From the NCBI GenBank assembly GCA_013115145.1, contig JAAPAO010000014.1, forward strand, positions 1-64,000: 64,000 nucleotides of DNA. Direction: 5' to 3'. Below the pieces are notes generated by a model that saw only the letters and a list, made by a program, of their open reading frames with translations, had not been told where the DNA came from and searched no databases. This DNA comes from Perkinsus chesapeaki ATCC PRA-425 (Eukaryota > Protista > Perkinsozoa). Shown here piece by piece: positions 25,301 to 37,200 of the stretch (positions within the stretch are counted from its first letter, which is position 1; each line of letters opens with the position of its first letter). Both the position numbers and the translations under genes were made by a program.

Positions 25301-28300
25301 ATGGTCACACGTTGGACCAGAGTCTATCGAGACATACCGATACGAGCTCCCCGCGCGAAGATGCTCACCTCCTTCCCCATCTTAAGCTGTTGATTCTCGC
25401 TCTTAGACTGCAGCAACAAAGCCTCTGTCTCGGCTAGCTTCCTCTTTACCGATGTAACCTCTGCTTGAGCGTTCTGGTACTTGGCCAACAAGGAGCCAAC
25501 TTCCTGAGCGAGTCACAGCGCTGCACTACAGAACGGCAATAGAAGCGCACTGGGAGAACGAGTCGAGTAGATGAAAGCAGAATAGGGCAATAGGCGCTAC
25601 GCGGATGATGCTAGCCGCCGACGAGAATCAGGAGAACAGTGGAAAATTGCGTACCACACTCCCCTCATAAACGAGTAGCTAGTATTAGTTTGAGCTCAGC
25701 TCCTCCACTGTTAAGATATACCGGAGATCGCGATGATGATGATACTACGACCGTCTATGGCGTCCGATATGGATTTTCATGAGGACAAGCATGCTGTATA
25801 GGCGACAACGATTTTACTACATAATCGACTGTAAGTTATATTTGGTATGCAAGAGCTTATCATGCAGTGCTTAGAGAACAGATGGCGATGCAGATTTAGC
25901 CAGCACTACCGAAAATGCTCCGCGCAAGCAGAGATTCCTCCTACTCCTCCCCACTCACCTTAGCCTCCTGCTTTAGTCTCCTCAACTGCATCTTAGCAGC
26001 TCTCATTCTGAACTGCCTCTGTGCAGCCAATACACTACTACGAAGTGCACGGTATTGTCGCTGAGTCTGGTAGCCCTTCCAGGCAGCTTGGATCTTTGCC
26101 GCAGCCGAATTGATACGGTACTGGAATAAACAACTCCCCATCATCAGCGCTACATCTCCTAGGCTACCTCCTTGGCGTAAGCTCGAGCCATCCTTCCACG
26201 CTGGATCGATTGAATGCGGACAACCTTCCGGACGACATCCTCGTACTTTACACGCTCGCGAGTCATTCGCCACCTGGATAAAAACTGCATTTTTTGGACT
26301 AGGAATGTGCTTTCCCGACCAGCTCTGTATCCTCATAGCTGCCGTCTCACGACGCATATTGGCAACTCTGATCCTCGCTAGTTTGCCTCTCATCAACGCC
26401 TGGATCTTCACCAGACATATAAGAGCAAAGTCATACCAAGCTCTGGTCTGGATGCCGCGCCATTGGGCTTGGATCTTCGTAGCCGCTTCGGCACGTAGAT
26501 GAAGACGAGCATTCTAGAGCAACGGAGATAGACTTTCCATCGATCCCACTCCCCGCCTCACCTGAAGCGCGTCGAACGCCTTCTGCTTAAAGAACACCAA
26601 AGTCTTTCCAACCTCCCACAAGCCTTCTTCTATGTCCAATGGCTGATGAAAATGACATATCTCAGCAAGGAGAGCTTCCCAGCGCTCCATCACCTACCCC
26701 AGAGAGCGCTGTAAGCAGCATATAGCAGCGCTTAGACATGTCCGGCTCCGCCAAGTACTTTTTGAGGTCACCTAGGAAGTATCAATGCTGCCGAGGGGAT
26801 TATTGAAAGCAAATTAACTTATATACACTAATACGTATTTACTGGCGACGAAGCAGAAAACACCCTAATTTGTACAACAAGCAATACATTATAGTGCAAT
26901 CCTATTCTAACACGGGATATCTAACTTAAGATAGCGGGTTGTATAATGATGAAGGTTCCTAGGTTGTCCTCTATCTACCTCCTACTACCTTTAACCAGCT
27001 GCATATAATCCAACCAGCAATCCTCATGTGACACTCTAACTGGATACCCAGCCCTAGACACTTGTATAGCCTATTTACCACAACACTACCACCCACCATA
27101 CCACTCCTTCATCTCACCTGTAATACACCACCATAACGCAGCTGTTCGCAGACACTAGGACGGTCGTACACGTCCGGTAGGTTCATAGGATTAGGCTTGA
27201 TACATCGAATGAAGTGAGGTTCTGTCTCCTTCACTGTGTCCTACCAATCATCACCGCTATCTCCTCCAATGGCAGCAGTGGCAGCCTTTATATTACCATA
27301 AGCTCAGTAAGCTGCTGCTTGAATTCCCCACTAACAGTCGTCAGCTTCTTCTTAGACTTCCCGCTTGGTGCCGCATCTGGATCTTGGAACTTAGTGTCCT
27401 CATACTCGGTAAAGAGTGTCGATACATACTCGGACATCGAAGCCTTCATCACTTGGAATAAAGAGTATGACATCTGACATCCACAATACCCCCAATACCA
27501 CTCACGACCCTGGATGCCGCCGGTGAAATATTTTATACTTATATAGTGCGCAAAGATCACACGTTCCAAATGCTGGCATCATTCTATTAATAAATGAAGA
27601 ATGTCTTAAGATAAGTAAGATCGCCACACACAACTATGGTGTAACATTATTATAAAAGTCCATTGTCTACATAAAACGCCCGCGAGCTGCAAGCATCCCG
27701 GCCGATGACGAATTGTGCAACTGTCCCCCTATTATAACCTGATCCTTATTCTTATCCATGAAGCCCTCAGTATCATATTCAACCGGCCCAGCGAAATGAT
27801 TAACGACAAAGCAATCCTGCCTCGTCTTCACTATATCAAATCTGCACACAATAATCTGTCCCCATACCGCTCCCTTCCCCAATCCTACCTCCTATGGTCC
27901 TTATATCGATGGCACAGTTTACTGCAGAAGTTCTTATCCGAGCCCCCTGGTATAACACACTCCTCATCCAACAATGCAAAGATACCCATTCTGTTATCAG
28001 CTAACAGATCCACGGCATCTTGGTTATCCGGGAAATCAAGAGGGTCCCAAGCGATGCCCTCTTCGGCATAGAGTTGCTCCTAAAGGCGATTAGCATATAC
28101 CTCTTTGTAGTGAGCTTCATCATGAGCGACAGCTGTATGTCGCAAACAGCAGCCTCACTGTATACATTTGTTTACGTCGAGGATAACATTATTATATATC
28201 ACGTGTACTCCGCAATGCACTGGATATCGTTGGTTTTACTATTATTGTTCGGGCTGTATTCCCACTAAAGTGGTTCATACCGCTCTCTCCCCAATTAATC

Positions 28301-31300
28301 TCTATGGCTTATTGCCACTTTTCATACCGCTTTTTCCTCAATTCACCCTACAGCCACACTCCTAGCCCCTCCCTATTTCCGAGTATCCCTCTACCCATAT
28401 TACCTCCATTTTGAATATGAAATTATTGAAAAACTGTTGGAGCCTCTCGTTAGTGTAATTAATGCAGAGCTGCTCAAATGAGTTAACCTTGAAGCATTCG
28501 AAGCCAAAGATATCCAACACGCCACAAAATAGCTTAGCTTTTGGATCGTAACCTAAAAAGATACTCCCGCACTGCGAAGAATACTCCTCCCCCCTCTCCA
28601 TTACCAATGGAATCATTCGTTCTAGAGACAACTCGCAGGAACAACAGTCCGTATAACTGCCTCGCCAACGAGTCACAGGACTCCAATGCCTGTCAAGCAA
28701 CAAGCATGCATATCATATACAATCACACCATAATGAAGACAAAAGGTAGATTCAATGGTTAGTATTCAATCAACGAGGGACACAGTGTCATGCCTCATCG
28801 AAGAGTCGTACTGAACTACTGCTCGATCATGTCCCCAACACTGGTGCAACAAGTAAAATGACATGATGACGCTCACTAGCTCGACCATCGAGCCTAGCCA
28901 GGGATGCCCTTACATGATTGAGATTATTTATTATCATAATAAAGTCACAGAGGTAACACCAACTTAACCCTCCCACGGTAACAACTCCCATACTTCGCTT
29001 ATCAAGTAAACCTTATTTTCAATCAGAATTCCAGCGATGCACAGAAGCTATTAAAGAGCTATTTCAGCCAACAGCAGTTCCATTCAGCGTTTTCATGGAT
29101 AAGCGTTTCCGCCATTGAGCTTGCGTACCACTCCTTCCCCCAATCCCTTCGATATATTACCGTATGCACCGACACCGGTGTATGATACACCTCCATACGC
29201 GTCTTGATGGTCTTAGTGGTCAAAGCCCTCAGGAATGACTCGGCATCCTCCAGTCCCAACAGCCTCATCAAAAGCTCAAAGTCCTTCAAGCTGCTCGGGT
29301 CCAACTCCGAGGCATCGCTGTCCCAATTAGGTGATCGAAAACGAATCTTATGGGAATATAGGCCAGTATAACCCAACGCTGATTTCCCTTACGTTTCCCA
29401 ATCTAAGAACAGCTGCAATAACATTCATCATCGAATTGATCTCTGGTACAGTGATGCCAACTGTTAACATGGCACGGACTGAGAAAGGATAAGCGTCATA
29501 CTAGAAGATAAACAAGAGTGTGAGGATATATAGTATATATATACTAATGTACCGTGTATGTATATATAGTATATACATACACTCTCAGAATCGCCCATCC
29601 AAGAGACCCGGTGCCGATTGCCGATACTCCTAGGCCTTTGTTGAGCCCCTCAGTAAAATAAGATGTCGGCTACAGGAGTGCATTTTGAAATGACCCGCTG
29701 TTCACAACATCGCTCGGCAATACACCTTTCCCTGCAAAAACTGCTTTCCTTTCGGGAGCCAAATCATTCCACTTAAAATGAGAACACAAAGTTAACCTCG
29801 TGAGCACTCCGTGGACCACCGAAGACAGGAATTCTCCCACACACTTGTTATTATTATTACCAGTAATCTCAAACTGCTCCACATCATCAACATCATCAAG
29901 CACCAATGTACTCGACTTGGTGAGATAGTTAAATGTCGATGCGTCACTGAATCCTGTCAGATCTATCTCTGCACTCTGTGGAGCATCCTCCAGATACTGG
30001 GGGAAGTTGTATTGGTGCTGAAATGAAGGTAATGAAAGCTACTTAATATCAATACACGTAAACCGATGCTTCACCACCGTTGCACCGGAAGACATTACAG
30101 ACTATTTTCCATTTCGAAACTGTGTTCAATGGCCGAATGCCAAGGATACCGATCATCCATTTCCCGTTCGCTTATGCCATCTACACTCTAGTCTTAGAAT
30201 TCCTTCTCTTTAATATTTCTCTTCGGATTCTGACACGAGATTTTCGAGGATATTCTATGCAGTGCGATGATTTCGTGGCGTTATTATCCGGTCTTACCGA
30301 GCCGGCAACCGCCATGGACGCCGCCGTGCATTGATAGAAGATGTGATAGTTCCTCTCACCTTCCTGTTGATCGCACACTCTAACCTAAGATTCCCAAAAT
30401 ACAACATAACCTCATTCAACCTCCAAGATACCTTTTCCAAAAGATACGTCTGCGTCTTAGCTCCAGCTAATCTATAAGTAGTCGGGAAGTCCGACGTCTC
30501 CAGCTCTCGCCTCAAATAGGCAGCTGTGCTCCCTCGAGGACCATGGGAATGCCGAGCATGGTGATGTCGAGATGTATCCTTGAATTGAAGCTGAATGAAC
30601 TTGCCAAACCTGCCATCTACGATAACCCTCCCCACAGAAGGCCTTCCCTACCGAGACGAGTTATCATTTCGCAAGGTCCGAGCGTTGCCGAACGCCTCCA
30701 ATACAGGGTTGCTTTCCAATACTTTTTTCTCGACATTCGAGACCCCCTGATCGCCCGCCCCCGCCAGGGCCAGAAACTTCATGACGAACTTCGTGGTTTC
30801 TGTCTTTCCAGCACCTAACGCGGCTCATACCGACACTTCCGTGCAGCTGGGGCAGCCCTACCAGATTCACCAGAGATGAGCACCGTCTGTGGAGTGTCGG
30901 TATCACACAGTCCTCTAAATGCATAGTTCGACACTGCGAACACATGGGGTTCATTCGCGCAGGCTGGATTCCGCAGTATCTGGTTCAGCTTGTCGATGTC
31001 GTAAAGGCCGGGAATCCGCTTGAATGGATTCATAGCGATGAGTATCGGTCCTATAAGCGACGACGCTAAGTGGCTCATCATCACTGCTACCCTACCAGTG
31101 AAGGTATATATTTTATCAGTGTCAAATCGGATCTGCAATGCATGGAGCAATGCCGGCTCGTGAAGATGCTGAAGCTGGGTGAGATCATCCAGCACTGTCA
31201 ACCCCTCCGATGAGAACACATCCTTATTACGAAGATGAAACTGACAATAAAAGATAACCCGCAGATCTTCGAAATTTTCTAACCTCCTGTTTCCTAGGAA

Positions 31301-31530
31301 TCCTAGCTTCGGAACCGTCATCGAATTTCACGACGAATTCCTCCCCGACAGTGCTTTGAATCTCACAGCTCTTCCATACAAGCTCCGCATCCCGTATCCA
31401 CACCTGGGTACCTAGAGGGGGTATGTATGAATTCGAGAGTGTTGACGGAGAATACGGTATGACCTTTGGGATACTGGGGTAATATTGATGCTGCTTCCTC
31501 TCCTTTTGCAGTATCGTCTGCTTGCGGCAT
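19322..31530 (-). CDS. MyoF: Unconventional myosin: SH3-like N-terminus, motor, IQ motifs, coiled coil and C-terminal WD40 domain (alveolate myosin F / class XXII architecture)
   Basis: Start MPQADD (ATG 31530), then YPKG|TQVWIRD, P-loop GESG|[18 protein letters not shown]|[31 protein letters not shown] motifs KIQALMRG and KIQAAWKG, and a coiled coil. WD40 exons ([31 protein letters not shown]) end at TGA 19322-19324. Motor and WD40 parts join in phase 0 across a predicted 1200-nt intron 22116..23315. Confidence 0.75.
22562..22589. repeat. Perfect 28-bp palindrome
   Basis: gcataattttatcg|cgataaaattatgc, inside the predicted long myosin intron. Confidence 0.95.
29531..29582. repeat. Two adjacent TA-rich hairpins in a myosin intron
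   Basis: 16-bp palindrome tagtatatatatacta (29531-29546) and 13-bp stem gtgtatgtatata-tag-tatatacatacac (29554-29582). Confidence 0.85.
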
Positions 31531-31552
31531 AGGTTAAGAAAGGAGAAGACAA

Positions 31553-31823
31553 ACAACTACAATAAAGTAGTGAGGCTTAGATTTGGAACAACTACAATAA
31601 AGTAGTACGGCTTAGATTTGGAACAACTATAATAAAGTAGTTAGGCTTAGATTTGGAACAACTATAATAAACTAGTTAGGCTTAGATTTGGAACAACTAT
31701 AATAAAGTAGTTCGGCTTAGACTTGGAACAACTACAATAAAGTAGTGAGGCTTAGATTTGGAACAACTATAATAAAGTAGTACGGCTTAGATTTGGAACA
31801 ACTATAATAAAGTAGTACGGCTT
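31553..31823. repeat. 35-bp minisatellite, about 7.7 copies
   Basis: Unit acaactacaataaagtagtgaggcttagatttgga at 31553, 31588 ... 31798, with few substitutions and no spacers. Confidence 0.97.
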
Positions 31824-32058
31824 GTGTCAACATCTTCCTTATTACATTTAGTAATGAGATGTGGGGGACTATACCGTGAAACCAAACCTGATAAACTGTC
31901 CCACAAATTCCCAACAAGAGCGAAATTTGACATACCAGCGACGCTCCAGCAATCCCCAGCAATATAATGCACTAGTGAACACGACACACTAAGGCGAATA
32001 CATTATCAACATCAACAACACCATACATCACCATACAAGCGTCCACCACCACCTCCTC

Positions 32059-33271
32059 CTACACCGGCGTTCCTGGTATGTCAATTATTATTTCAGTCTT
32101 GTCCAAACGTCTAGCAGCATGATTAGACCTCTGCTCCCACTCTGGACTAGCATCAAAGCTGCTGTTAGCGAGGTAATCAATAATAAGGGTGACGGGATGC
32201 TCTTCGACCGAACCGTCTCTAGTTCCATTGAGATGCAGAGCATAATAGGCTAGTTGATCTCTGCAGGCCTTGTGCAGGGCATCCTTTTGCCCAAGATCCA
32301 CTCCAGCTATCATCACAGCTTCGGCTCTAGACTCTATATCACGAAGCAGTACCATGTCAAAGTGAGGCATGCTCATATCGCTGAAATACGAAATAATTTA
32401 TTTCGAAAACTTATTTTTTATTATTAAATTTTACTTCAGATAAAATCAACGTTTCATTCCAAGAATAATAAAAGTGAAGATATCCTTACCGATCAGGTGG
32501 ACCATTGAAAGATACGTTGAAGGTCGCTATATTAAACCTCCTGGCTTCTCCATCCAGCAGCAGTGTTATGAAGGAACTCCTTTTATTCTACATCAAAACC
32601 TCCCACTTGTCCTCTATACCACCCCGCAGGTCACCTCTATCCCAAAAGCACCGTCCCAAGCACCATGAGCGATCTCCTTCCCCGTGCACGTCGTATACGG
32701 GTCTGAACTGAGCTGCAGCTCCTGGCTTAATCCGTATCCCAGCTTCTCGGTAAGATGCTTCTTCAGTGACGTGGGATAACGGCGTTTCATATCGAGATTT
32801 GATGCGAGCCTATTTTGATCCAAACGGCTCATGATGACATCACTCGCTGCAACGTGGTACGATGTGAGACCACTGAAGGGTGCAATAACTTTTTGAATCA
32901 CTCGACACTGCTGTCATGTACTTAGCCCTGCGAGTCGGGGAGAAGCAAGCAACATCCGTTAGCTTCCAGATTGTACCGTTACCAACAACGTCAAAGCCGA
33001 AGAATGCCTAAAATGATTATCGAATATCTTAGCTCGATCCCTGTAGTTGACACCTGATCCTTCTTATGGGTGTAAACAGAGCTTATTTGAATGGACCCAG
33101 TTCGCCGATTGCTTCCCTGAAGTGTCATCCCAGTTATCACCATGCAATAGATATCACTTCTGCCGCTCTACTGCGCGCAATAGCTTAACTTACCCCTGCT
33201 AGGCGCAATCCATAATTAAAGTAGAAGGATAACACACAGACGAGATATATGTGTGGTGTGGGATAAGACAT
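32059..33271 (-). CDS. Orphan secreted-protein family, copy A (multi-exon)
   Basis: Spliced model MSYPTPHIYLVCVLSFYFNYGLRLAG|GSNRRTGSIQISSVYTHKKDQ|AFFGFDV...|...RFNIAT...|...IIIDIPGTPV*. Intron positions are shared with copies B and C. Confidence 0.72.
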
Positions 33272-33457
33272 TATCCTTGGTAACAAGAGACTGTCGGTAG
33301 CCTGGTCACAATGGAGGCAAGAGACTGTGGCTCGTTAATGGCAGCAAATATAAGAAGACAACCCCTCCTTCCTGTTGCCGAACACAACACCAGACTTAGC
33401 TTAGCTATACATCAACAACATCATGTAGTAAAACAGGAATGACCAACATCTTCATCA

Positions 33458-34682
33458 TCATACACGCTGTTTCGGTATGTCCACGCGTATTAAATTCACC
33501 GGCGTGTTCACTATCTCATCACGGGACCTATTAGAGCGTATGAAAGCCTCTGAGCCTATGATGTGACTCAGAATAAGCTTCACAGGGTGAGCATTCCTAA
33601 GACCCCCGTCAACTCCATTGATGCGTGATCGGGCATGATTGGCATAATGCTCGATTTGAGCTTCGCATGCACGCTTGAGAGCAATTCTCTGAAAAAGGTC
33701 TCTATGAGGTATGGTGACGACTCTCGCATTATGCTCCATAAAGCGAAGGCGAGCCATGTCGAAGCTCGGTATGGGGTCCTCATCCCTGAGAGCAAAGAAA
33801 TCGTGACTAAGTTTATTCACAAGGGGAAGAAGCATCTCTACGAGTAGACTCACCCATTTGGCAGGTTATCGAAATATACGCCTAGAGTGGCAATGTTGAA
33901 TCTTGTAGAGGTCTCATTCAACACTAACGTTAGATTCATCTCCAGTTTATCCTACAACAACCATTTCGTTATAATTCATCCGTGGTACGGTTCACCCTCA
34001 TAAATATCAAGCCATCGAATAGGACACCTTCGATCACATTAACCGTACACGTTGCGTTCCTTCCTGGCCGGATCTGCAGCTCCCGGCTAAGACCGCGCCC
34101 CAACGCCTCTACGAGATGCTTCTTCAGCGCGGGCGGCTCTTTGGAGCGCGTGGAGGTGATCCCAAGGTTGACCCCCAAAGTGCTGAGCCTTAATCGCTCC
34201 ATGATAACATCGTTTGCAGCAACACGAAAAGTATTCCTAAATGAAGGTAAAGTGTTTTGCAACCCAATCTGCAATTCGTACCCATGATTTCTACTGTGAG
34301 TGTAATACGCAACGTCGGTGAGTTTCAATAACTCCTTCCCTTCCGTTGAACGGTTCATAACATCGAAGCCAAAAAGCGCCTAATCGAGCAAGGCATACAA
34401 CCATGTCATGGACAGAGGATGCCGAAACACCTTGTCCTTTCTATGAGTGTAGTCTGACATAATATTAATTGAGTAACTTCGTCGATTCTCATTGGAAGAG
34501 GCTCCTCTAATCCACTGAATTACAGCATTCCCATGCGAGCTCGAATATCAATGACTTACATCAGCACATCTTATAAGGGACTTGTAGACTTCACCAATAA
34601 ATATAGACTCTATCCCATCAACTATGCTTAGTTGTAATAATAGTACTCCAATGGTAAAGAATCGTGCAATAGGACAAACCAT
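33458..34682 (-). CDS. Orphan secreted-protein family, copy B (multi-exon)
   Basis: MVCPIARFFTIGVLLLQLSIVDG leader, |WIRGASSNENRRSYSINIMSDYTHRKDK|ALFGFDVMNRS..., RFNIAT, SFDMARLRFMEHNARV, ...VDIPKQRV*. Confidence 0.75.
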
Positions 34683-36001
34683 TATTCTCGACTGTATAGA
34701 GAACCTTCTGCAGCGAAACCAGTGTACCGAGCTCTGGATAAACTATGGCGATATGTTTTACCACTAACAGAACAGGACACAATAATAGAGGAGGGTTCTT
34801 GAGAATGAAATCTCATCGAATACGGGATTACGAGAGGGAACAGCAATACTCAACCCGAAACCCGGACGCTAGGTTATCTCTGGGTTCAAAGCCTGAACTC
34901 CATCAACACCCGGCGTTCCAGAATAGGTGAGTAGTGTGTTTCCAATGTCAGTCTAATCTTGACCTCGAACTAAAGGAGTGAGGAAACCCCAGGTGCCGAG
35001 CACTGTTCAAGGTTTATTAGCAATAGACTAGACATCGCCGTACTCAAGATCTTTCACAAAAAAAATGCCCGTCGAAGTCCACTCGACAAGGCCGTACGGC
35101 CGTACCATGTCCCGGCCCGGCTCAGCCGATACGGCCGTACCATATGCCCAGAGGTGAACTGATAGTATCGCTGGATTTGCACGCGTGCCCCCAGCTGCAT
35201 GCACAGGTTGTGTCGGATGTCTATTTTGTATGGGGTTGCACAGTAACCTTACCAGTGCGCAAACCCTCTATTCGCGATATTTCACTACCGCTACAGTCTA
35301 ACTCTCCTTCCGCTAACCATAACAATCATCTTTCACGAGCCTGCCGTTCGAGTTAGGAAAGCGCAAGTACCCACGAGAACGCAAGTTTAGCAAACCTCGC
35401 AGTGCGCTAGTTGTGGGAAATAGTATGGCATCCTGCTGCCCCTAAAATGCGGCGGTTATCCGAGTTGACTACTTTTCACATGTCCGGATGTCTTCGGTTC
35501 TATTCCCGATGGCTCTCTCTCAATCAGTCACAGAGGGGCCCGCTAGAGTGCTCGCTACACATGGCTCTCTCATGTTCTTAATACAAAAGGCGTAGATTAC
35601 GGTCATCACTGACGACCACTAGAGATCCCTTCCTACTGAAAGTAGCTCCCGATGTACAACGTTGAATCATCTCGCATGATACAATTATAAGCTTACTTTG
35701 GAGCTAAATGTAAACCATTACGTTGAATAGTAGCAAATGGGACATTCGCCCACACTTGACAAGTAGACCGCCGATAAATGTACGACTTTGCCACAGCGAC
35801 ACTTGAGGTACACTAATCCTACAGCATATTCTGCGGTGATGTCTCATCACTCAAGCAGACTAGAACAGGTGTTATTGTCTATACCAATCTAGTGACATAT
35901 ATACTAACTCCATAACTTCCTGAGTAGAAGGTAGGCTCACTTCGAAAACTCAACAGCAGGGCACTGAGCTTGAACAACATCAACATCATGGACAAGGATA
36001 T

Positions 36002-37200
36002 CTATACAGGCGTTCCCGGTATGTCAACAATGATCGTGCTCTCTATTCTATATAACGCACCAAGACTATCGCGTGAACCGTGTAGAAGGTCTGTTCCTGT
36101 GAGGAGACTCAAAATCAGCTTCACAGGGTGAGCATTTCTATGGACGTCTTTGTATACATTGACGCGTGATCGGGCATGATCGGCATAATGCTCGATTTGA
36201 GCTTCGCATGCGTCCTCAAGAGCAGCTCTCTGAAAAAGGTCTCTATGAGGTATGGTGACGACTCTCGCATTATACTCCATAAAGCGAAGGCGAGCCATGT
36301 CGAAGCTCGGTTGGGGGTCCTTATCCCTGGGATAACGAAGTATATTGAGCGGCACGGAAGAACCGTTCCTACCTCTTACGAGAGTCCTGGTAACCTACGC
36401 CCAGCGTAGCAATATTAAACCTGCGGGAAGTCTGGTTCAGGAGCATCGTTATGCTCATTTCACTTTTGTCCTACAGCAAGACTTATCACCACCACTAGCA
36501 CCACAGAAAGGGCTCACTCTGAAGAACGGTACTTCATGCAATGAGCCCGTTTCGGTCACTGTAGCCGTACAGGTCACCTGCCCTCTGGGATTCACCTTCA
36601 ACTCTTTACTCAGACCGCGCCCGAGAGTCCTTGTTAAATGCTCTCCTAGCGCAGGCACAACAGAGCACTTCGGAGGCGGGATGTCAAAGTTCAGTGCTAG
36701 GGTGTTGTGCCTCAATCTCTCCATTATAACATCATGGGCTGCGACTTCAAACCTATCCCTACTGGAGGGATTGAAGATGAATAATTCTGCAATTCGTACC
36801 CATGCTTTCTACTGTGAGAGTAATACGCAACGTCGGTGAGTTTCAATAACTCCTTACCTTGCGTTGAACGGTTCATAACATCGAAGCCTAAGAGCGCCTA
36901 ATCGAGCAAAGCATACAACCATGCCATGGACAGAGGATGCTGAAACACCTTGTCCTTTCTATGAGTGTAGTCTGACATAATATTAATTGAGTAACTTCGT
37001 CGATTCTCATTGGAAGAGGCTCCTCTAATCCACTGAATTACAGCATTCCCATGCGAGCTCGAATATCAATGACTTACATCAGCACATCTTATAAGGGACT
37101 TGTAGACTTCACCAATAAATATAGACTTTATCCCATCAACTATGCTTCGTTGTAATAATAATAATCCAATGGTAAAGAATCGTGCAATAGGACAAACCAT
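36002..37200 (-). CDS. Orphan secreted-protein family, copy C (multi-exon)
   Basis: The first ~390 nt are nearly identical to copy B. A predicted 38-nt phase-2 intron (GTACGA...CTCCAG) restores the frame. RFNIAT, SFDMARLRFMEYNARV, ...VDIPGTPV*. Confidence 0.72.

Noticed and set aside
31553-31823. CRISPR array
   Set aside because: The 35-bp units are contiguous with no unique spacers, no cas genes are present and the context is eukaryotic; it is a minisatellite.
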